IMG/VR virus record: IMGVR_UViG_3300006899_000004
Source of the DNA: an uncultured virus (IMG/VR IMGVR_UViG_3300006899_000004)
Taxonomy: Duplodnaviria; Heunggongvirae; Uroviricota; Caudoviricetes
Direction: 5' to 3' (one strand)
Length of the DNA stretch: 64,000 bases
Every line of letters starts with the position of its first letter. Within the stretch, counting starts at the first letter, position 1. Below the pieces are notes generated by a model. That model made no database searches, had not been told where the DNA came from, and worked only from the letters and a program-made list of their open reading frames with translations. Position numbers and translations under genes: made by a program. Positions 19,393-32,748 of this stretch are shown one piece after another.

Positions 19393-21027
19393 CGGGAGCT
19401 CCTGTGAACAGGTGATCGTCTAGGACAAACGAGTATCAAGCTAATATTACTGTCTGTGTAGAAGTCTTACACTCTAAGCACGCTATGTTAGTATCTTTTT
19501 GAATCCCCTATCAAAGCACCCAAAGTACTTTGGTTTAATCATGTCATTGTTTAGTGGTCCAAATACCATACAAATATGACCAACTCTTCTAGCTTTAACG
19601 TACTTGATAAAAACGTAGATGTCACTGTTTCCACGAAAACATAGTTCGCCAGAAGAAAGAAAACAGTTATTCTTGTTCATAATCAACTCCTCTATAGAAG
19701 AACGCACAGTATCTAGTTATCACTGTTGGTTTTGATTGGTTACAATCAGAAAACATAGTCGCTTTAGATTGTAAGACACTTATGGGTCCGTATATTTGTA
19801 AATCTTCTTTAACGTCATCAACATTTAAAACAAAGAAAACTTCTTTTGTGTAAAAATTAACAACAACATCTCCACGATTAAACTCGTGTTTCATCAACCT
19901 TTAATTTTCTTAACTCTAATGTGTAATAAGTTTTTATTTTCGCTGTGGGTGTTTCAGAAGACGACCACGATAATGGTCCAAAAACTCTAGAATTAACAAA
20001 GACTGTGTTACTTGTGTTTATTGAAAGAATAATATACACGTTGTCTTTGTCGGGCTCCTTTACAGTAGAAATTATACCCGATTTATTACGACGGTATATA
20101 GAAATTGGCTTAACTAGGCTACCAATGAGTGACAAATCTTGTAGAAGTTCATTTTGACACTTTAGACAAATACAATAATATGTTTCACCACCTTCAACGA
20201 TTGGTTCATGCATCTAATTTAGAAATTTCTCTCGTGCGCCACATTTCTACACGACATATGTTTATTTTGCGAAAATTGTTGTTTAATGGTCCATATGCTA
20301 AACACCATCCCTTTTCTACGCCTTCTAACTCGTTAAACACGACAGTGTTGCTTAACACCATGTACATTAATCCATCGCTGCTAGACGGGATTAAAAGGGG
20401 TTCGTGAGAACCGTAAGACCGTGATAATGGAGAATAAAAAGAAATACACTGGATAAGTGTACCTGGAATATATTTCTTGCTATTTGCTAGACTGTAACAA
20501 ATAGAACACCTGCAATAAAAAGATTTATCATTTGCTGTGATTACTTTGTTACAGCAACTTGCAGTGACCGTCATTACACAACACCAATTTTTTTGAGTTG
20601 GTTGACGTGAAGTTTAACTAAGTGCATTTTATGACCATCACCCAAGGGTCCATAAATAGACGCTATGTTGCGAGAGTTGATTTCTATTATTATTCCAAGT
20701 TTTCCAAGTTGAAAATTAGAACAATCTTTGTAGTATAAGACATCATAATATGTTGTAGTGACTAAGTCACCGATTGCTATGCACTTTTTCACTTTGAATC
20801 TTTTATGACTCTTGCAACGTTGTCACTATTTAAGCTCTCTAAGTGTCCAAGAGAAACAAAACGATGCTTGTTGACAGTATTTTTGACACACACTAAAATA
20901 TAAATTTCTGCGTACTCATCGTCAGGTTCTGAACTAGGTGATAAAAAAATACACAACTTAGAAAGACCGACGAAGTTACGAAGCTTCGGCGTGAAGACAA
21001 CCAGTTGACCTGGTTTATATCGACTTT

Positions 21028-21369
21028 TCACTTTAACTTAGAAGAAACTTCTTTTAACTTCAAGACTTTGTCTCTCATCTCATCCAAGAGATCTAGGACA
21101 ATCTGAAGACGGTTATCGCTCAGATCCTTAATTGAGTTAATTAACTCAATAAGTCTTCTTAGATCTGACGGAAGCGAATCTAATCTGACATATCTTTCAA
21201 CCTTGTCTTTTCCTCCCGGCGTCTCTGGGGGTGTGATGAACAAAATTCTATTGGGAAGTTCTGCATCGTTCATATACTCATCAACAGTCATAATAGTCGT
21301 AAGTCTAGATATTTTGTTTTCTGTGATTGGTTTGACACCTTCAAGAATTTTGCTTACATCAATACTCAT
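21028..21369 (-). CDS. hypothetical protein
   Basis: 113-aa ORF. Confidence 0.65.
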   Translation of the reverse strand: MSIDVSKILEGVKPITENKISRLTTIMTVDEYMNDAELPNRILFITPPETPGGKDKVERYVRLDSLPSDLRRLIELINSIKDLSDNRLQIVLDLLDEMRDKVLKLKEVSSKLK

Positions 21370-21782
21370 TATTTTTTCCTTGTGTAATCATTTAAGTGTG
21401 TTTGCAACATCTTGTTTAGCGTCTCGCACTCTTTTATGCAGTCTTCAACAGTTCCTTCAAATATTTCATATGTTTCAAATCCTGGCGCATCAAGCACGAC
21501 GTTAGCACACGGTGATTCATCATCAGCTACGCTAGTCTTCATATCATGAGGACATACTTTAAAGGGCCTAAAAAGCTTTTTGGGTTCATATAGACGAAGT
21601 TCTCCTAGTTCAGGTAACTTACCAAAACCGATCCAATCACCGATCATCATGACTCTATAACCGCTAGCTTCGTTAGCGAAATTTTGAGCTTCACCCTCAA
21701 GTTCAAGCGGAAAAACGCCTTTAGGAATTGAACGACCACTGGGGGTGTGAGAAAAAACAAAAATGTACTTCTTCACTTTCAC
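21369..21782 (-). CDS. hypothetical protein
   Basis: 137-aa ORF. Confidence 0.65.
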   Translation of the reverse strand: MKVKKYIFVFSHTPSGRSIPKGVFPLELEGEAQNFANEASGYRVMMIGDWIGFGKLPELGELRLYEPKKLFRPFKVCPHDMKTSVADDESPCANVVLDAPGFETYEIFEGTVEDCIKECETLNKMLQTHLNDYTRKK

Positions 21783-21809
21783 ACCAAACCTTTCAACTAA
21801 ATCTCGTTG

Positions 21810-22286
21810 TCATCGGGAACAAAATTTTGCTCTCCAAATAACTGTAAAATTCTCTGATTCAATCATTTCAAATAGATCTGTTTCACTCCAGTCTTCACTT
21901 ACCCAACCCTTGCTAAGATCATAGTGATCAAGTTTGTAGTAATCACCGTAAAACTGTGGAACACTGGTGATGATGTGTAGAGTGTTGTTGGGCTCAACGA
22001 AAACAGTGTTGTGTGAGAAGGTGTTCTCTGGTTTGTCGTTCAGATCAACAAGTTCTGATGCAATCTTTCCATCCTTGAGAAGATTCAACATGATCTTATC
22101 AGCACTGTTTGAATCATAACGAGTTGCATTTTCAAGATCAGCCACCCAACTTTGGTTGGATTCAATCCAGTACATGGGTGAATCATAGCAGTGATTTGGA
22201 TCAACAAGGTTGGAGTGAAAACGAATCACAAATTGGTAAGATGAATCTTTCAGAGAGTTTTTTTTACTATTTTTCTTAGTTTTCAT
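21810..22286 (-). CDS. hypothetical protein
   Basis: 158-aa ORF. Confidence 0.65.
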   Translation of the reverse strand: MKTKKNSKKNSLKDSSYQFVIRFHSNLVDPNHCYDSPMYWIESNQSWVADLENATRYDSNSADKIMLNLLKDGKIASELVDLNDKPENTFSHNTVFVEPNNTLHIITSVPQFYGDYYKLDHYDLSKGWVSEDWSETDLFEMIESENFTVIWRAKFCSR

Positions 22287-24532
22287 GTTTTTCTAAATGT
22301 GATTTATCTTGTAACAGAGACGAAGATAGTGTGCATGCATTGTTCTAACTGTGTTAGAATTTATTGCTAACACTACACAAGTTTCACTTTTAGTATCAAC
22401 ACGTACCACTAGCACAAATTCTACAACGATCTTATCTGTTATGACATCATAACTTGTGATCTCCATAAGATTACCGACTTTGAGTTCGCTGATATCACTT
22501 CTTAATTTCATGTCTAACAGACAACTCATTAGACAATTCATCAAGCTTGACAAGATATTCTACAGCGACAGGGTAAACTCTTTTGGAGAATATTCCTAAA
22601 ACTGTGTAGTATAGCACACCAAATTCACTTACACACATATCACTTAAGACTAACTCTAAACGAAGTCCAATAGTTTCATCATCAATATATTCACTCTCTG
22701 ACGGTCTAACCCAAGCAACTAAATCACCTATTCTAAACTTAAACAACTCGAATACGCCTTTCCTTGATAAGATCTAAGCCAAAGGAACGATCTAAGGTTG
22801 TGACTTCATGATTTGTCAAGTTTAAAAGCAATATCGTATCAGTTGTTCTCAAGACGAGATAATATGAAAATTCGTCCAAGAATGTATGATCCAAGAAAAT
22901 AAAGTGTCATGGTTTAGCTGTGTGTTCACAAAACACCTCTTTGTTTCATGTCATCTAACGGTGTAAGTTCATAATGTGTGATGATAACTTTTCCTTTCAT
23001 AGTCAATACAACGTTGTAAAGAGTGTACGCAGGATTAATTCTTAAGTGCAAAAACACAACAAGACATTCAAAAAAATATTTTTGCTTTGCTTCTTTGTTA
23101 GGAATTCTTGAAAAATAAGCGTAATTAAAGTTATAGAGAAACAACTCTCCACGCTTAGATAGTCTCATTGTTGAGAGTACTTCATCTTCAATCGTTAAGA
23201 TCACGATCTAGTTCAGTTAGTTTATACAAGTAATCATATTTGAACTGTGTAACACCATTTCTGTTATACCGTCTCGTTTTGAAATTCTCTTTCAGGCCCT
23301 TGCTGAGGGGTAGCACGTATGGGTACCATCCACTAAAACCAAGTTTCACAATAATTCCTATATGATTTTTGAGAAAATCTTTTGTAAACGGGGGAGATAC
23401 ATCAGAAATAACAACAAGATCACCAGGTTTAAAGGATTTAGGCGTTTTCTTCATCTGGCAAGAAGCTCATTAGGTCTGTAGAGACTGAACGCAGTGTAAA
23501 TTTGACAACTTTCGATGTCAAACACAACATTTATGTCTCCTTTCTTGTAAAGAAACAAACAGAAAAAACGTATATCAAAAGAATAACGTAACAGCTCTCC
23601 AGGTACAAAGTTAAAATTTCTCATAAACGATAAACATCTAAAGTATCGGAAACAATCCAGTAATGCTCGTAGTTATATTGTCAATTTTGTTAATTACACA
23701 ACTGTCAATAACTAACACATCGTAACATAGGACTCTATGTTCTATTCTAGACTCTGCCAGTTCTCTGCTCGGAAGTATTATTTTTAATATCATGCAAACA
23801 TGTCCCCAAGCATACACTAGATCACCAACATTAAATTTCTGATTTTTCATGCTTACTCAAGGTGCTTAAGATAAGCAGAGTTTATGGGATAAGCGATTAA
23901 GTAATTTGTATCAAAAACGTAGTATGTGTTAACACAACTATCTTTTCTCAAGACAAGAACTATACGTTCTTCTCAACCTCGAGACACCATTAGACTTCCA
24001 ACGTAGATTGTTTTTTGCACTTGTGTTTAAAACTAAAAAATCTCGATTAGATTATTGTTTTCAGAAGAGATCCAATACACATTGTTAGCCTAAACGATTC
24101 GAAATCTTTTATCTGAAGAACATCGTATATGTCAAGATTTTTAGCAATTTTATCCTCTCCTAAGACAACATACAAGTACTTCTTTGGATAAGAACAATCA
24201 TAAGGTATCACTAAATCTCCAGTATTAAATTTTTTCATTTCCATTCTGAATATCTCAGCGTTGACGCTTCAATGCACTTGTCACGCTGGACTTTATGTTC
24301 TTATTTTACTGTGGTTGTAACAATAGTAGATTTCTGTTCAGTGACAAAACGACGAGCTTCTAACAATAATTGTTCAGTAATCAGATTAGTTGCATGTATT
24401 TCATTTAGAAACTCAATATCTTCAAACTCAAATTCGCCCAAAAAAATTTCTGCTAACTTCCACTCAACAGATTCATTGTTGTATTTGACGCACAATAAAT
24501 CTGTTCCTCGAATTTCAAACTTTATTCCCATT

Positions 24533-24817
24533 TTATTCTGATTCAATCCTGATTGAAATGATCATTTCACCGTCATCTAACACAACCGCTCGCAGCTGAT
24601 CATCATACGGCAAACAATCAAATTCACGGACAAAACGAGCTCCAGAATTTTGTTCGTGCAAACTTGCTCGCCGTTTATTGATTCTTTTCCAATTTGAAAT
24701 ATTCAAGGAAGGTTTCTCGTCTTCTGGCGGAAAGAATTGACTTGCGACACAACCTGGATTTTTCTGAATAAATTTCACTATTTCTTCTTTGCACAACTCA
24801 GTTGTGATTTTTTTCAT
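24533..24817 (-). CDS. hypothetical protein
   Basis: Leaderless promoter GTGCAA-N17-TAAAAT-N6-ATG. Confidence 0.7.
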   Translation of the reverse strand: MKKITTELCKEEIVKFIQKNPGCVASQFFPPEDEKPSLNISNWKRINKRRASLHEQNSGARFVREFDCLPYDDQLRAVVLDDGEMIISIRIESE

Positions 24818-27800
24818 GTTCTCATTTTACCATTCAACAGCACATCTTGCACTCAGCAACAACGGCACTCGTTGCTCCCAGATTTCCCTCAGAATAATCT
24901 TCTTGACTTTTATTGAGTCACCCCAACACAAACATGATGAATTTTCTAAACCAGCTTAGAACCTCACTGTCAGAAGTCACTCTAAGAAATGAAGCGTCCC
25001 ACTCGCTGCTGCGCCATCTCCAAAAATCGATCGCTTCAGATTCACTGATAGTGACTCCGTACTCTCTTTGTATCAGCTCTCGAATCTTGTGGATGTCACC
25101 GTTGTCATAGTACGTGCTAGACACGTCATTTCTAATCTGAAATGCTTTTGACACAAGTTTTTGATCAATCTTCACAAGAGCTCCTTTTTAATGATGAAGT
25201 GTTATTTCGTAGGATATGTTCAATTTTTTCATGAACACATAACTTATTATAACAACTTTATTTCGATCAAGATCAAAAACGCAACAGGAGTCCCACTGAT
25301 ACTCTGACAAGACTAAAACTATCCGTTCAGCCAGTGACGTCTTGCCAGCGTAGTGAAGAACTAACTCTCCAGTTTTGTAACTATTTCTAAGTGTTGTCAT
25401 GTGATTAAAAACCAAAGATCCATATCACGTTGGAATACTGCGGAAATTGTGTTGTAACTAAGTGAATAGGTGTGATACAAGTCACCGTACAGTGAATTTG
25501 TAGACGTGATCTTCAAGATCAAGAAAATTTCACTGTAAATTTCTAAAAATATCAGTTGACCAACTTTGAGTTTTGTGTGTTTAAGTTTCAACTGTCTTTA
25601 ATAGATCGTCTCGAACAACGAGAATGATATTTGTGGTGTAAGTGATAAACAACACAGTTATAAGACACACAAACACCAATATTCTAGGGAGAAATCTTCA
25701 GTCATAATCACAACCAGGTGGCAATGGCGGAAACAAGCAGTCAGATCTAACACGCATATATCTTTTCTTAGACAGACAAAAGATCACAGAGTTACCACTC
25801 AAAGTGTCTGGTCCCAAATAGATTGATGGTTGATCAAAGTGTAGCTGACACGACGCTTGAATGTTTGCCGGGATGTACTCCAGGTACACGATATCACCAA
25901 GAGAAAACTTATATCTACTCAAAGATCACCTTGTCGAGCGGGTAGAGACACGTAAGTGGAAAAGAACACACTGTGTTATCTGATACACAAAACACTTTGT
26001 AAAACTCATTCCTATATACTTTTATGTCCTTGTTGTTATCGATCTGCATTATGATGACTAGATAATGTGAAAACTCACTTTGCTCTGAACGTAAAAATGT
26101 TATCCATGGATGAGAAGTACTTGAGCAGGCTGCTCCGATAACACGGAACTCACCACAGGTTGGTTTTATCATGATCGCAACTTGTGTAGATGACAGTTTG
26201 AAACAAAAAAAGTTTGATTTTTACCATAGAAATCAAAGACTAACGAACCCGGCCAACGCGTGTTAGTGTTCAATATCAACACTATATTTGGACAACGTCG
26301 TCCGTTAAATACAACATCTGTATTAACATCTGATCCCCAAACAACTATGTCTCCAACTTTCACTCTATACGCCTTTGTAAACTGTCAACTTGTGCAGATA
26401 ACTGGAAAAAGCGTAGTGGAACGTGTTGTCGTATATCGCTAACACTAAACATATGTTGTTGACAATCTCTAAGATTAGCACTAGATCAGAAATGTTAAAT
26501 TTTTCAAGATCACTCTCAGAGAAGAACTCAGAGTCAACAGAAATAAAGTTCCAAACAACTATGTCTCCAACTTTCAACTTAGGCATCACTGCACAACAGC
26601 AACTGTCACTTTACACAAGTGATGAAATGAATAGTAACGAACAGTGTAGGTCGGCAGGTGAATAGCTGCAACAACACTCTCAAGTATTTCTAATACTAAC
26701 ACCATGCCAGCGTTTTCTTCACGTATACGTGAAGGTAAATCTCCATGCGAATAGTGGATGTATGCCAAATCTCCGGCTCTTATGTTTTTCACATTTCATT
26801 CTATCACTTAGAGAAAAACTTTTCACCCAAAGCGGTTTATGCTTTTTGCACTATCTCATTATCAAAATTAGAATTAGTCTGAATAGCGAACAATCACCAA
26901 CTTGAAATTCATAGATCAGATCAAGGATCTTTCAATAAAGGCATTCAACGAAGGTACAAAGTGTAATTCTTGGATCTTTAAAAGCTGAATAGACGGTATG
27001 TCAGTTTTAACATATAGAATTCCATCCACAATATGAAGAATGTTAACATATTGCTTGTTCTCTGAAAGAATAAGCACGAGGTTTCTGACAAAGTAATCTT
27101 TTACAAAAGGTGGAATTAGTGTTGTCCACAAAACAATCTCGCCGGGTTCAATGATCCTAGAGTGTCTGTCTTTCACTTGTTCTTCAACTCTGCGTACGTT
27201 GTTGTCATGCCACTTTTCAGTGCAACTTGAAAATATAACTCTTCTATTCTCGTTATCACCATTTTCACTCTTCAAGTCTTTCAGTGTGCGAATCGATCTT
27301 AACCAGGCAGCTCCCATTTTGAATAAGCTCAAAAACTTTTTTGTGTTCCAAACCCATAAGAAGCCAGTTGTTTTTTTTGTAGCCAAAAAACATAAAGACA
27401 AAATAGTGTTTACACCAGTCTTTATCTTCGAAGACATAGTTGCTTACTGGTTTTAGAGCTACAACACACAAGTCTCCGACTTTATGTTTTTCATTTCGCT
27501 TAAATCGAAATGTCTTTGATCTTTAACAGGTGATTTTTAGTTATTTGATGCTTAACAACTGGACATCTGCCACCCGGAGGAAACAAGCATAAGACTTCAC
27601 AATAAAGATCATTGACAATTTTAAGAATCATGACAACGTTCCTGTTAAAGTAGCCTCTTGGAAATGGTGAATCTAGCGTTGTCCATAAGACTATCTCTCC
27701 AACTTCTATTCTCTGTTGTCGTCTGTCTCTCATTTCTTGAATAACCAATTTGTGCTTGACGTTACACCTTTGATGTTATCGCTAAAATAGCAAGTGTCAT

Positions 27801-30800
27801 AACACTCTTCTCTAAGCAGTTTGTGAAGATGACACAAAAAAACTTCTTTTACACGTGCTTTGCGTTTAGCGATGAGATTATTCAGAGATAAGACTTTACA
27901 CTTATGTTCACCAACTTCAACGACAAACACAAGTGCGTCAACAGCGTCCTTTACAGTTAGAGGAGAGAGATAGTGCAACGAAACTAGATCACCAGCTTTT
28001 ATCATCTTACTTTGTTCTTAAAAGCAATAATGCACAATGAACTGATTAAATCGTCTGTCTTGAAACATCACTTAACGAAGATCACACTGTCAATAGAGTG
28101 CAACACTCTGTTGTACACAGAAAAAGTTTCGTTCCTCATGTCTAACACGAAGAAAAAACCTCCGAAAGAGCATCCGGATCTTTACTTAAGACCACAACTA
28201 GTCTACCATGGAGATCTTCTGAGCAATTTGTCACGGGCGCTCCAGATGACAGCAAACACAAGTCTCCGACTTTGATCTCGTTATCTTTCATCTTTTGCAC
28301 TTTTAATGGCTATCTCTTCAAGAGGGCGTAAATAACTTACATACTCATTAAAAACCCTCCCGTGCATGTCTACTAAGACGCACCGACCGTTCTTCTTTTT
28401 ACGCAAAAACATGACCAAATATTCAAAAACGAAATCTACTGTGATGAGGAACTTCCCGTAAGGAAACAACGCTACAACACACAAGTCTCCTGGTTTAAAG
28501 TGTTTCACAGCTCGTCAAAGTCAAACAAAGAGCGTGAAGCGACATACACAACTGAAGGTCTAAAATCATCTCTAAAATCATAGACTGGTCTACAACCGTC
28601 TCTAGGAACGTTCTCAAGCGCAGGACTCAACACGAGTATGCCTATTAGGCTGTCACGTACGTAGCGTAGCGAAGCGAGGACGGGACAGACGTCCAACACA
28701 AGAACTATCTTCCAGTCGCCAGTCGAACTGTTGATCCAACACATGAGTTTTCCAACGTCACTCTCTTTAACGATTGCTATGGGGAACATCTTTAAACTCA
28801 TGACAAGGCAATCTTAACCAACTTGTGACTCTCACGTCGTGGTTGCCACGATTTCACTCTGATCTTCGCCCCTGCACCCAGTTCTAAAAGAGAACATTGT
28901 TTTCTGTTGTTCTTGTAACCCAAGAAGACGTAGATGTAGTAGTAAAGGTGCCAAAATTCATCAAGTGAATCTCCGTGAGAGATGATGCACAAGTCTCCGA
29001 TCTTGATCTCTTCACCGTTCATCTCTTGAATTTCAGCCCAAACAAGCTCCACATCGATACAGTGTGTACTGTTCTATCATCAATCTTAAAGACTTTGTAA
29101 TAAACACCGTATCCTGTGGTAACACTGATAATCATCACAATATCAGACATCTGAGGCCTTGCGAACTGCTGAGGTGTAAAGTAACACAAGTTACCCACCT
29201 TCAGACCCGAGCTGTCACTCATATTGCACTTCACCAAACTCAAGCAAGAGATCTATGTGCATTACTTTCACTTTGAGAGTGTCGTCTTATCACAATCACA
29301 AGACTGTCCTAGATCAGATCAAACAAGTAAATCATGCTGACTCTGTACACAATGCGCGTGTTAAAACAATACACAGTGTACAAGTCACTCTGATGTGACA
29401 CGCGTCCCAAGACAAACACAATGTTCCAATTTTGTCTATAGTCATGTGCACTACCCCGACTAAACAGGCCCTTGTCCATCAATTTTCCCGGGATAATCAT
29501 CGTTCTCTTGTCCAATTCACAGGGACATCGTCAAGCGAGACAATGTATTTACGTACATAGATACCAACGCGGAGATTTTTCAAATCTAACACGTAACAGT
29601 GTTTAATGGGATAGTCTTCGTGTTTCACCATGCCAAGATAAACGCTGAGTGTCTTAGAGAGTTCATCGTTGCTAAAAGGCGGAACTTTAGTCCCTACTGA
29701 GAATACGCACAAGTCTCCTATTTTGATCTTGTTAAATTTCACGTTCCGCACTTTTCTTAGTGTCTCCCAACGAACAACGTCACTCACTCTCGGCTGTCAA
29801 CTGAAATTCAGTGTCAGACAGAGGGAAGTACTTGTGATAAATCTTCATAGTTGTGTCATGAAAAGTTTTCGTCAAGCGTTCAGAGAGCAAGAAAACTATG
29901 ATGGAAACGTAGTCAGTGCTCTGTTTGCAAACACACAGAACAATCGCTAAGTTATCTTTGACGTACTCTCGAGAGATCCTCTGTTGAGGATCAACACGCT
30001 CGTCTTTATATCCAAACACCACAAGATCTCCCGGCTTGACCATGACTTTCACTCTTTGCTTTGAAGTGGGAGCTTAACAAACTTCCAGTAAAAACGATCA
30101 AAGACTCTACGCACTTTAAAAATATTGTCTTCTATGTTAAGAAAACAGTAGTGTTTGTCAGAACCCTGTCGACCCAAGAACACGTACACGTACCACAGCG
30201 ATCGCCAATCTGGATCAGCGTTTGGATCATAGTCACGGTCAACAATCAAACACAAGTCTCCCACTTTGATCTCTTGATCTTTCATCTTTTGCACTTTTCT
30301 TGGTAGTTTCCCACGCGTTACCCGATCTCGCTCAGTCTACAGTTCATCAAGCTCAAACAAGAGATCTACGTTTGCATAGAACACTTTGTGAGTCGACAGA
30401 CAGAACACACGACAAGATTCAGACGAATAGATGTCATTAACTCTTGGATCGCTCAAGACAATCACAGTGCTCATGCTCAGTTCTGGTGTTCGAGGCGCGA
30501 GCATCAGCTTCCCTTTGGTGATCGCACTGACTCTGTCTGATCTTGAGACTCCGCTCTGAGAACGTCTGTTAACTAAGTCAAAAACAATCTTTGAAAACAC
30601 GGTGATTTACTCCAAGTCAGACAACTGAGCTGCTTTTGTTGTGAGCACTCTGCGAGTTTCAGTGCAGAACACTCTGTACAGACTGTCGTCAATAAAATCC
30701 AACACAAGAACAGTCGTTCGTGCGTGATCATAGTAAGACACGGTGCCTGGCTGACTAAACCAGCGCATACTCACCAGCTTTCCTCTAGCTATCGTTGTGA

Positions 30801-30804
30801 TCAA

Positions 30805-31046
30805 ACTTTGACCAGATTTCTGCTCGGGATTTTTTCTGCTCGGGATTTTTTCTTGAGATTTTTTGTGTGCTGCAGATCTGCGTACAACTTGACTTTGCTC
30901 GGGATTTTTTGAGTACAGCGTGTGAAAGCTACTTCTGACTTAACTTTGACCAGATTTCTGCTCGGGATTTTGAGCGCTGCAGAACTGCGTACAACTTGAC
31001 TTTGACCAGATTTCTGCTCGGGATTTTTTCTGCTCGGGATTTTTTG
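30805..31046. repeat. Iteron-like direct-repeat block (candidate origin or terminus region)
   Basis: gctcgggatttt x6 (30822, 30838, 30897, 30960, 31016, 31032); actttgaccagatttctgctcgggatttt x3; ctgcgtacaacttgactttg x2. Confidence 0.9.
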
Positions 31047-31190
31047 AGTGCGATGAGCCCTGGCGTCCTCTGCTCTCTAGTTCCCTAGAAAGGTTGCCAG
31101 ACCCCACCCAGCCCCGGGGCCAAATATGGCCAAATATAAGGGGCCCCCTGTGGCTGTACACTGACACTAAAACAGGGGGCCTTTTGAGGG

Positions 31191-31520
31191 CTAATCTTCG
31201 TCCACTGCGTCCATGAAAGCATCGAAGTCTGGACCTTGAACGCTGTACCAGCACGCGCCGTACACGAAGTCGAAGATCTCGAGACCCGTCTTCTTGCTCG
31301 TGTAAGAGACGCCCTTGACTGTCTCTCCAGCGCTCAAGTTGATCGTGACAGGGTTGTTCCTTCCGAACATCTTGGTCACTGGACGACCGTCTTCCCAGGT
31401 GTCGCGGGTGTACTGAGCTTCGACCTCGACGTCCTCTCCCAGCGTGCACTCGACGATCGCAGCACCAGAGTTCTTGAGATCTTCGAAGTGCTTCACGAAC
31501 GCTAACTCTTTGTTCTTCAC
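31191..31520 (-). CDS. hypothetical protein
   Basis: Leaderless promoter upstream; GC-rich codon usage. Confidence 0.75.
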   Translation of the reverse strand: MKNKELAFVKHFEDLKNSGAAIVECTLGEDVEVEAQYTRDTWEDGRPVTKMFGRNNPVTINLSAGETVKGVSYTSKKTGLEIFDFVYGACWYSVQGPDFDAFMDAVDED

Positions 31521-31772
31521 GATCTCAACGTACCACGTTGTTGCACGCCGTGCACTGTAGTTCTCTGTGCAGAGAGTGCATATTGTTTCTCGACGTAGTA
31601 TGTGTTAAAAATGCTCAAAGACCGATCTCATAACACTATTGGTGACGGAGTGTGGGCAGCAAGATCTCATCAAATCTCACTAAATAAACTTAGTGAATGT
31701 TCAAAAAGGGATCTTTGAAAGATCCCTTTTTGCGTTAGTGCATAATTTGTCTCAAGGTGATACAGTAACTCT

Positions 31773-32405
31773 ATGCCGATCATCAAGTCTCTCAGCGACA
31801 ACGGTCCCCAAGTCGTGTTGTTCGTCGGGCGGGTCGTCCGGATCGAGACGGGCACCGAGACGCGGAACTGTTCGGACACTCTGGACTTCACCGACTTCCA
31901 GTCGGTGAACGTCACCTACGCTCTCGTCTACATCGACGAGACGCTCGTTCCTCTCTCGAGCGCCGAGAGAGAGTACACCAAGTACGCTCGTCACGAACAC
32001 GGTGACAAGTTCGTGCGGGTCGACTGCACGAACATGTTCGTCTGGCGTGGTTCTCCCAGCATGACGCCCGTCGTCGACGAAATGGAGTGTACGGTCTTCG
32101 CCTCTACGTGGAAGAAGGATCTCGAGACTCGAGACGCTCTGAAACTCGAGGCCGAAGTGAAGGCGCAGCAGCTCCAGGAAGAGCGGCGCCGACTCGCTAT
32201 CGAGGAACACGCTCGAAAGCTCGCTAACGTTCCGGTCCTGGGCAAGCAGATGCGAGTCGCTCGCGGGCGCAAGGTCAAGGTCGGGACGGAGGGCACCGTA
32301 GCGTTCATCCGGGGTGACAGCGTCCTCCTGAAGGAGGACGCGGTCTGGCGTGACCGCAAGGCACAGGGCGTCTGGGTGCCCGCTTCGTACCTCGAAGCTC
32401 GCTAA
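31773..32405 (+). CDS. hypothetical protein, C-terminal SH3/KOW-like segment
   Basis: GTGCAT-N17-TACAGT-N6-ATG; GKQMRVARGRKVKVGTEGTV; terminator at about 32420-32456. Confidence 0.8.
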   Translation: MPIIKSLSDNGPQVVLFVGRVVRIETGTETRNCSDTLDFTDFQSVNVTYALVYIDETLVPLSSAEREYTKYARHEHGDKFVRVDCTNMFVWRGSPSMTPVVDEMECTVFASTWKKDLETRDALKLEAEVKAQQLQEERRRLAIEEHARKLANVPVLGKQMRVARGRKVKVGTEGTVAFIRGDSVLLKEDAVWRDRKAQGVWVPASYLEAR

Positions 32406-32561
32406 GTCATTCACTGTTGTTGTTCAAGAGTTGGTGGTTCCCCACCAACTCTTGAACTCATTTTGACACTAGAGAACCCGTGTCAACGCTCTGGAACTCC
32501 TCGCAAGTTAACGTTTCTCTCGAACATAGTAGATTCAGTCAGAGAGGAGGACTAACGAGCT

Positions 32562-32702
32562 GTGAAGAGATGGGAACATCCCAATCCGAAGTGGGACTGC
32601 GTCTGGAACGCATGGTTCATGTTCCGCGCTTCTCAGACTCTTCGCGAGGCTTCTTACTGGCTCAGCGAGTTCCAGGCCAGGCGGCGTAGGGTCAAGGAGT
32701 GA
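32562..32702 (+). CDS. 46-aa hypothetical peptide (not in track)
   Basis: SD gaggagg; MKRWEHPNPKWDCVWNAW...VKE*; stop lies in the next -35 box. Confidence 0.55.
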   Translation: MKRWEHPNPKWDCVWNAWFMFRASQTLREASYWLSEFQARRRRVKE

Positions 32703-32748
32703 ACATCGCTGATCCGATAGTTAGAATCTAGAACGGAGGAAACAGATC

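Larger units (their letters stand above)
18242..30804 (-). other. Dense array of about 45 small ORFs, roughly 25-30 of them GDLV/GDLC small beta-barrel-like paralogs
   Basis: Recurrent N-terminal (F/I/V)K(V/P)G(D/E/Q)L(V/C) motif; DNA motif cacaagtctcc recurs. Confidence 0.8.

Noticed and set aside
18242..30804. Stop-codon reassignment explaining the many short ORFs
   Set aside because: ORFs end in all three stop codons, overlap start-to-stop in different frames and each begins with its own family motif; long genes are intact in code 11
30805..31046. CRISPR array
   Set aside because: Repeats are short, nested and irregularly spaced; the intervening sequences are themselves repeated; no cas genes
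30940..31449. 169-aa ORF across the repeat block
   Set aside because: Alternate frame of 31191-31520 running into non-coding repeats
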